Assembly (NCBI GenBank): GCA_049299915.1 | Contig: JBAQYG010000018.1 | Coordinates: forward strand, 1 to 36,578 | Origin: Minisyncoccia bacterium | Lineage (GTDB): Bacteria; Patescibacteriota; Minisyncoccia; UBA6257; JAVHQB01 | Direction: 5' to 3' | DNA: 36,578 bases | Shown here: piece after piece, positions 31,718 through 36,578 of the stretch | Layout of the letters: the number at the start of each line of letters is the position of its first letter | How positions within the stretch are numbered: position 1 is the stretch's first letter | Position numbers and translations under genes: made by a program | Notes under the pieces: generated by a model | What the model was told of the DNA's origin: nothing | The model's database searches: none | Seen by the model: the letters and a program-made list of their open reading frames with translations, nothing else

Positions 31718-32989
31718 TTAATCTAGAATAATAGGTAAATTAATAGGTGGTTTTCCGGTATTACTCACCAGTCTCCCCATAGAAGGTGCCTGGACAGCAT
31801 TGATAGGCATATGGAACATAGTAGCTAACTCTTCAACATCAAATATACTTCCTTTTTTAATCATACTTCTTTTCTTTCCGTTCTGCATCAAATTTCTCTT
31901 GCGCATAAGATTACGTCTCTCGGCAAACCAACTTCTGCCACTAAGAGAAAAACCATCACTATGAAAAAGTCCCTTTAAAGAAATGTTTATATCCTTATTA
32001 GCATCAAAAGAATTTAAATTCTGAGTGCTAAATTGTTTTAAATAGCTTTCTACTACAAATTTGGTATTTTTAGAAAAAATTTCTTTAGGGGCTATATAGC
32101 AAGCTCTGATGCCACCATTAAAACCTAATTTGGCAATCTTTTCTCCGATTTTATCAGCCACTTCCCTTTCCACCGCACTTAATTGAGTATTTTTTGGTTC
32201 TCCTTTTTTCTCTTCACTCCACAGGGGGGCCCTAAAAGCTCCTAAGAAAAGATTTTCTAGAAATTCCATAAGACCAGCTATGAAACCTAAGGGTTTATTA
32301 GCCTCTGGCCGCCCCATGGCTTTGTTAATAATCTTAAGGCCGCCCTCTTTCCATTTATCATCAGAAGACTTAATTATCATCTGAATAGTTAAAAGTTCTT
32401 TGTCTTTTAACTTACTCATCATTTCAGCTACAGAAGAAAGTGGGTCTAATCTTTTTTCCTCTTTAGGGTCTTCAAAGTCTGGATAAGTAATCAAGGGATA
32501 CGCACTATCTGCTTTTAAAATGTATTCACCCCCCCAAAAATCATAGCTATTATTAGGAACAATTGGTGGCCAAGACTCAAAGTAATCCTTCACCACTTCT
32601 ATGCTACTGGTTGGATACTGAGAATAAAATAGGGCTTTAATGTAATCTGCATACTTTTTTAAAACACGTACGTAAAAATACATTTGTCCTCCATAGCCCA
32701 CTAATTCAAAACTAAACCAATCTGGAACTGGCTCTTTTGCCGGAGCAGCATGAATGGCAGAGAAAATCTCTTCCATGGCCCTAGGTGTTTTAAAGATATC
32801 TCTACTTGGAAGAATCACTAAATTAATCCATTCTAGGGCATCGGATTTTTTCTTTTTTTCATAAGCAGTCCTGAGTTCCTTGTAAATAGGAATGAGCACT
32901 AAGGGAATGATTAGCCACCAAAACTCTCCAAAAAAACGCCCTATTATTCCCAGGACACCTAGTAAAAAATTAAAAAAGGAATCTAACAT
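31718..32989 (-). CDS. Uncharacterised membrane protein translationally coupled to the ATPase
   Basis: An N-terminal hydrophobic hairpin (FFNFLLGVLGIIGRFFGEFWWLIIPLVLIPIY) is followed by a ~380-aa soluble region. Its stop lies 4 nt before the ATPase start. No family recognised. Confidence 0.55.
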   Translation of the reverse strand: MLDSFFNFLLGVLGIIGRFFGEFWWLIIPLVLIPIYKELRTAYEKKKKSDALEWINLVILPSRDIFKTPRAMEEIFSAIHAAPAKEPVPDWFSFELVGYGGQMYFYVRVLKKYADYIKALFYSQYPTSSIEVVKDYFESWPPIVPNNSYDFWGGEYILKADSAYPLITYPDFEDPKEEKRLDPLSSVAEMMSKLKDKELLTIQMIIKSSDDKWKEGGLKIINKAMGRPEANKPLGFIAGLMEFLENLFLGAFRAPLWSEEKKGEPKNTQLSAVEREVADKIGEKIAKLGFNGGIRACYIAPKEIFSKNTKFVVESYLKQFSTQNLNSFDANKDINISLKGLFHSDGFSLSGRSWFAERRNLMRKRNLMQNGKKRSMIKKGSIFDVEELATMFHMPINAVQAPSMGRLVSNTGKPPINLPIILD

Positions 32990-33019
32990 GTTATATACAG
33001 AATAATAAGCCTAAAAGAG

Positions 33020-33056
33020 CTAAAACGCAAACGGGCAATCAAAAAATGATTGCCCG
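33020..33056 (-). terminator. Intrinsic terminator after the sigma-region-4 protein gene
   Basis: Minus-strand CGGGCAAUC-AUUUUUU-GAUUGCCCG followed by UUUGCGUUUUAG. Confidence 0.6.
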
Positions 33057-33101
33057 AGAAAGTTTCCTATAAGAAAAAACCCATATAATCTAAGCTGTCT
33101 T

Positions 33102-34268
33102 TTATTTTTTAAGCGTATAACGTTTATCTTCAGTCTTGAGGAAGTATTTCTTGTTCTGGAGGTTCAAAAGTATAGTATTGTCTTTAACCACTCTCTGTTC
33201 TTTAACCTTTACTATAACTTCTTCGAGGGTTAAGGGTGTTTTCGCTTCTGAGAGAATCTTTTGTAATACCTGTTTAACTGTTCCCGGTTGATATCCCCAT
33301 TGAGTTAGAGCGTAGATACCTCTGCCTACCAGGACAAAACGCTTGTCTTTGATTAGTTCATTATGAACTGTTTGTACTTGAATATTTCTTTTCCAAAGAT
33401 TGCTACCACCATTATCATTCCAAATGTATTCTCCACTAACATTAATCGCTATTGGTTCATTAATAAGTTTAGATATTTCACTGAAATGAAGGGGTTTCTT
33501 AATGTGTTTCATTATAGCGTAAGCCCTGTCTTTCACTCCACGTGGTTTAATTTCGTAGCTCTTAGCTAAACCATATTCATTGAAAGGATTTCTTTGTACT
33601 TGTTTACTAATGAAACAATATGAGGAAAGATTTTCTAAAGATAAATTTTCTCTCCAGTTTTTGGCAATATTGTAAAGACTTTCAAACGGCATTGGTTCCC
33701 CTACTTGTTGCAACTTTTCCACTACTTTTTTTATAAAGCTTTCGTAATCTTTTCTATAGAAACTATCGTCATGTTGCAAGTGCCAATAATTGTAATAATT
33801 GTCAGTTTCCTTTTCTTGATAAACATTAGCGGAAAGTTTCAAAAAGAATCGGGCAAAATTCCCTATTCTTTTTACAGATTTAGGGGCTTCTAATTCTTCG
33901 GCTAATGCTTTATAAAATCTTTCACTTTCCATCGCTCCTCCACTGTTTTTCAAAATGGCTAAAGAAATTTCTTCAAATTTTTTCCAATCCAGTGGTCTTT
34001 CTTTTTTATCAATAAGAGCTAGGGCATTATTTTCTATCTGACGAACTCTTTCTCTGGTGATATGATAAGTTTTTCCTATAGCTTCTAAAGTCTTGGGTTC
34101 ATCATCGATTAATCCGAAGCGCATCTCTAAAACAGCCCTGCTTTTGGGAGCGAGAGCCGTTAAAATATCTTTGGCAATGCCAGTTAGATTTAGATTCACA
34201 CCGATATTTTGTGAGGTACCTCTGACCTCTGTGCCGTTATTCATTTTGTCTTGATTAAGGTTCTGCAT
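33102..34268 (-). CDS. Sigma-70 region 4-only protein fused to HARE-HTH-like winged-helix modules
   Basis: SRAVLEMRFGLIDDEPKTLEAIGKTYHITRERVRQIENNALALI matches RpoD region 4.2, and no region 2 is present. The C-terminal half has AYAIMKHIKKPLHFSEISKLI...HNELIKDKRFVLVGRGIYALTQWGY (HARE-HTH pattern) and a second wHTH-like segment. Confidence 0.65.
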   Translation of the reverse strand: MQNLNQDKMNNGTEVRGTSQNIGVNLNLTGIAKDILTALAPKSRAVLEMRFGLIDDEPKTLEAIGKTYHITRERVRQIENNALALIDKKERPLDWKKFEEISLAILKNSGGAMESERFYKALAEELEAPKSVKRIGNFARFFLKLSANVYQEKETDNYYNYWHLQHDDSFYRKDYESFIKKVVEKLQQVGEPMPFESLYNIAKNWRENLSLENLSSYCFISKQVQRNPFNEYGLAKSYEIKPRGVKDRAYAIMKHIKKPLHFSEISKLINEPIAINVSGEYIWNDNGGSNLWKRNIQVQTVHNELIKDKRFVLVGRGIYALTQWGYQPGTVKQVLQKILSEAKTPLTLEEVIVKVKEQRVVKDNTILLNLQNKKYFLKTEDKRYTLKK

Positions 34269-34328
34269 AAGCTACAAATTAGCTTAAATAATATAACATC
34301 TAAAATTAGATAAGTCAAATCAAGTGGG

Positions 34329-34400
34329 TGCGTCCAGGGGGATTCGGACCCTCAACCAACAGCTTAAAAGGCTGCTGCTCTACCATTGAGCTATGGACGC
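34329..34400 (-). tRNA. tRNA-Lys (anticodon UUU), CCA not encoded
   Basis: GCGUCCA-UA-GCUC-AAUGGUA-GAGC-A-GCAGC-CUUUUAA-GCUGU-UGGUU-GAGGG-UCCGAAU-CCCCC-UGGACGC-A folds as a cloverleaf. The T-arm has one A.C mismatch and the T-loop has C instead of U at position 55. Confidence 0.8.
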
Positions 34401-34475
34401 AAATATTTAACAACTTTTTTATATTACAATGGTTAAACTAAAAAATCAATAGCCCCGCTTCTCAAAAGGATTAAT

Positions 34476-35756
34476 TTGAGCTATATTGCTCAAGCAAACC
34501 TCATTATGGTAACTAAAAAGAATCAAATTATTAACGGAAGAGTCCTTGGTTATGATGCCCTTAAAAAAGAAGGTTCCCTTAAGGCTGGCTCAGCTATAAT
34601 CCCTTTCGTTTTAAAGACAAATTTCCCTTATCCACTTGGCTCCCTTGTTAATTTTGAGGGTGTTTTATCAAAAAATATTCTTAGAGTTTCCTCTTTTTCT
34701 TTGATTAAAAAACCTGAATTAAATTTTGAAACTTGGTGGAATAAAAATAATAAAAATTGGCAGAAAGGAGTGACTGACCCAATAAGAATAAAATTACTTA
34801 AAGAAAAACAGCTTCTTACAATTGCTACTCGTAAGTTTTTTGAAAAAAATAATTTTACTGAAGTATTTACTCCCCTTTTGAATTCGGTGCCCGGAATGGA
34901 ACCTTTTTTAGATCCTTTAAGAACTAAAACTGGTTGGCTGATCACTTCTCCTGAATATAATATTAAAAAACTCTTGGCCAGTGGTATTGGAGATGTTTTT
35001 GAAATCACAAAAAGTTTTAGAGATAATGAAGAAAATAGCCCCCATCACAATACGGAGTTTACTATCCTAGAATGGTATAGAGCTTATGCAGACTATACAA
35101 CAATAATGGATGACTTAGAAAAATTAGTTTTATCGCTCAATAAGATACTAGGTTGTGGCACACGAATAAACTCTAATGACATTTCAATTGACTTAAAATC
35201 TCCTTGGCCTAGATTAAAAGTCAATGATGCCTTTAAAAAATGGGCCCGTATTGATTTAAATAAGTGTCAGAATCTAAAAAGTTTCAAAAGAGCTATTCAA
35301 CATGCCAAGCTTAAAATTAATACCAAGAATATCAACGATTGGAATGACCTTTTTTATTCAGTATTCCTCAATTATCTAGAACCCAATTTCCCTAAAGACA
35401 AACCACTTATAATCTATGATTACCCATTGCCACAGGGTGCCCTGGCTAAAAGAAAATCTAAAAATAGTTTCTGGACTGAACGATTTGAATTCTATTTGGG
35501 AGGTATTGAAATGGGTAATTGTTTCTCAGAACTAACCGATGGAAGTGAGCAAGAAGCAAGATTCAAAACTGAGCAAAAGATCAGAAAAGATTTGGGTAAA
35601 GAAGTTTTTCAATTAGACAAAGATCTTATAGAAGCCCTTAAGATTGGCTTACCGCCTACAAGTGGCATTGCTATTGGACTAGATCGACTTTTTATGTTAC
35701 TATTGGGCTTGTCTGATTTACGGGAATATTTAGATTTCCCTACAAATCAAGTATAA
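34476..35756 (+). CDS. epmA: EF-P lysine-lysyl ligase EpmA (GenX/PoxA)-like class II aaRS paralog with an N-terminal extension
   Basis: WLITSPEYNIKKLLASGIGDVFEITKSFRDNEENSPHHNTEFTILEWYRAYADY and ERFEFYLGGIEMGNCFSELTDGSEQEARF...LIEALKIGLPPTSGIAIGLDRLFMLLLG closely follow the E. coli EpmA motifs. efp is directly downstream. The start is TTG 34476 or ATG 34506. Confidence 0.75.
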   Translation: MSYIAQANLIMVTKKNQIINGRVLGYDALKKEGSLKAGSAIIPFVLKTNFPYPLGSLVNFEGVLSKNILRVSSFSLIKKPELNFETWWNKNNKNWQKGVTDPIRIKLLKEKQLLTIATRKFFEKNNFTEVFTPLLNSVPGMEPFLDPLRTKTGWLITSPEYNIKKLLASGIGDVFEITKSFRDNEENSPHHNTEFTILEWYRAYADYTTIMDDLEKLVLSLNKILGCGTRINSNDISIDLKSPWPRLKVNDAFKKWARIDLNKCQNLKSFKRAIQHAKLKINTKNINDWNDLFYSVFLNYLEPNFPKDKPLIIYDYPLPQGALAKRKSKNSFWTERFEFYLGGIEMGNCFSELTDGSEQEARFKTEQKIRKDLGKEVFQLDKDLIEALKIGLPPTSGIAIGLDRLFMLLLGLSDLREYLDFPTNQV

Positions 35757-35773
35757 ATTCTAAAATATTATCT

Positions 35774-36334
35774 ATGATTGGTTCTAATGATTTCAAGAAA
35801 GGTATGGTTATCAAGTTGAATAACGAACCTTTTCAGGTTGTAGACATTTCTCTGGTAAAGCCAGGTAAGGGATCTTCTTTCGCTCAAACAAAACTTAAGC
35901 ATCTTATTAGTGGTAAGGTTCTTGATCGTAATTTTAAATCTGGTGAACAGTTTGATGAAATGGATTTAGAATACAAAAATGCTACTTATGTTTATCACGA
36001 TCGAAACAATTTAGTATTCCAAGACCCTAAAACAAATGAAAGGATTACTCTCCCCCTTGAAATAGCTGGTACCCGAGTTAATTTCATGAAAGAAAAGATG
36101 CCTGTCAGTCTTATGAGTATTGATGAGAAAATATTTGATTTCAAAATTACTCCTAAAGTAGAAATGAAAGTTATAGAAGCCATGCCAGCCACTAAAGGAA
36201 ATACTGCTAACGGGGCCTTAAAATTAGTTAAAATAGAAACCGGTTATGAAATCAACGTTCCCCTCTTTATAAAAGAAGGCGACGTAATAAGAATCAATTC
36301 CGACACAGGAGATTACGTTGAAAGAGTTAATTAA
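35774..36334 (+). CDS. efp: Elongation factor P
   Basis: NDFKKGMVIKLNNEPFQVVDISLVKPGKGSSFAQTKLK carries the conserved KPGKG loop lysine; 186 aa. Confidence 0.95.
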   Translation: MIGSNDFKKGMVIKLNNEPFQVVDISLVKPGKGSSFAQTKLKHLISGKVLDRNFKSGEQFDEMDLEYKNATYVYHDRNNLVFQDPKTNERITLPLEIAGTRVNFMKEKMPVSLMSIDEKIFDFKITPKVEMKVIEAMPATKGNTANGALKLVKIETGYEINVPLFIKEGDVIRINSDTGDYVERVN

Positions 36335-36341
36335 ATAAACT

Positions 36342-36367
36342 AAAACCGCCATGATGGCGGTTTTTTT
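36342..36367. terminator. Bidirectional terminator between efp and the convergent membrane-protein gene
   Basis: AAAACCGCC-ATGAT-GGCGGTTTT followed by TTTG. Confidence 0.75.
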
Positions 36368-36368
36368 G

Positions 36369-36578
36369 TTATCCTTTTGTTCTAGGTGTTTTTATCCATT
36401 GAGGATTTCGTTTCCTCAAAATGTAATAATCTATAAAGCCTGAAACATATGGCCAAGAATAGAGAAATAAAATAAAGGGCATATACGTGAATTGGGCAAC
36501 TAAATACCAGAAGGTTTGTTTTTTCCAAGTGTTATTTTCCGGCCAAGCGATATATTGACGATAAGCTATTAGGAGCAC
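36369..36578 (-). CDS. 3' end of a membrane protein gene (continues beyond window)
   Basis: The reading frame is open to the window edge. The translation is hydrophobic and Trp/Tyr-rich (...FWYLVAQFTYMPFILFLYSWPYVSGFIDYYILRKRNPQW...). Resemblance to the C-terminal TM region of GT2-type synthases is only a guess. Confidence 0.4.
   Translation of the reverse strand: MLLIAYRQYIAWPENNTWKKQTFWYLVAQFTYMPFILFLYSWPYVSGFIDYYILRKRNPQWIKTPRTKG

Noticed and set aside
30037-32989. Interpreting the VirD4-like ATPase as evidence of an integrated conjugative element or plasmid remnant
   Set aside because: The window has no relaxase, VirB4, integrase, repeats or tRNA-flanked boundaries typical of an ICE. 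The tRNA-Lys at 34329 is separated from it by an unrelated regulator gene.
3124-36192. Other short antisense or nested ORFs in the track (3124-3333, 6723-6974, 8480-8665, 8929-9129, 9845-10066, 10435-10662, 15511-15714, 16766-17143, 18008-18226, 18297-18479, 18569-18760, 21154-21357, 22705-22899, 23962-24231, 24195-24407, 30080-30400, 33363-33569, 33705-33893, 34628-35008, 35995-36192)
   Set aside because: Each lies opposite or inside a longer ORF that has strong family motifs. None has recognisable motifs of its own. They are treated as shadow ORFs.

Overview
AT-rich bacterial window using the standard genetic code (TGA terminates mnmA and queH). The compact housekeeping genes suggest a Candidate Phyla Radiation/Patescibacteria-type genome; this is inference only. 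Small-feature coordinates are hand-counted and may be off by about 2 nt.

(1) nt 1-17.3 kb is ordinary core genome, mostly on the minus strand. It holds an S41 peptidase 3' end, rplI, rpmA, an orphan Cas4-like PD-(D/E)XK nuclease, gltX, murG, ftsW and rpsI-rplM. It then holds the rplQ-rpoA-rpsD-rpsK-rpsM-rpmJ-infA block, a membrane-anchored hypothetical, a short alaS, mnmA, queH and a secreted CAP-domain protein.

(2) nt 17.4-34.3 kb is an accessory cell-surface region and the most interesting part. Three paralogous ~75-nt structured RNA elements show compensatory base changes in two helices and a pseudoknot, and they look like class II c-di-GMP riboswitch aptamers. Two sit in tandem before the CAP gene. 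One sits, with an overlapping terminator, in the 627-nt leader of a long minus-strand gene string. That string encodes a 1097-aa mosaic adhesin (TSP3, SdrD-B-like, TSP1 and PG-binding modules, LDETG-type C-terminal signal) and two TasA/camelysin-like proteins with SipW-type signal peptides. It continues with a SipW-type signal peptidase, a TasA-signal protein carrying discoidin and lamin-tail domains, a TasA-like protein with a Cys-rich C-terminal membrane anchor, and a small polytopic membrane protein. A 51-nt near-identical hairpin repeat brackets the adhesin gene. Upstream lie an M23 peptidase with two PG-binding domains and a VirD4/TraG-like ATPase ending in a CxxC-x17-CxxC zinc ribbon, which is translationally coupled to a membrane protein. 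Further upstream is a protein made of sigma-70 region 4 plus HARE-HTH modules.

(3) nt 34.3-36.6 kb holds tRNA-Lys(UUU), an EpmA (GenX)-like EF-P lysyl ligase with an N-terminal extension, efp, and the 3' end of a membrane protein.

No rRNA, CRISPR array, transposase or integrase was seen.
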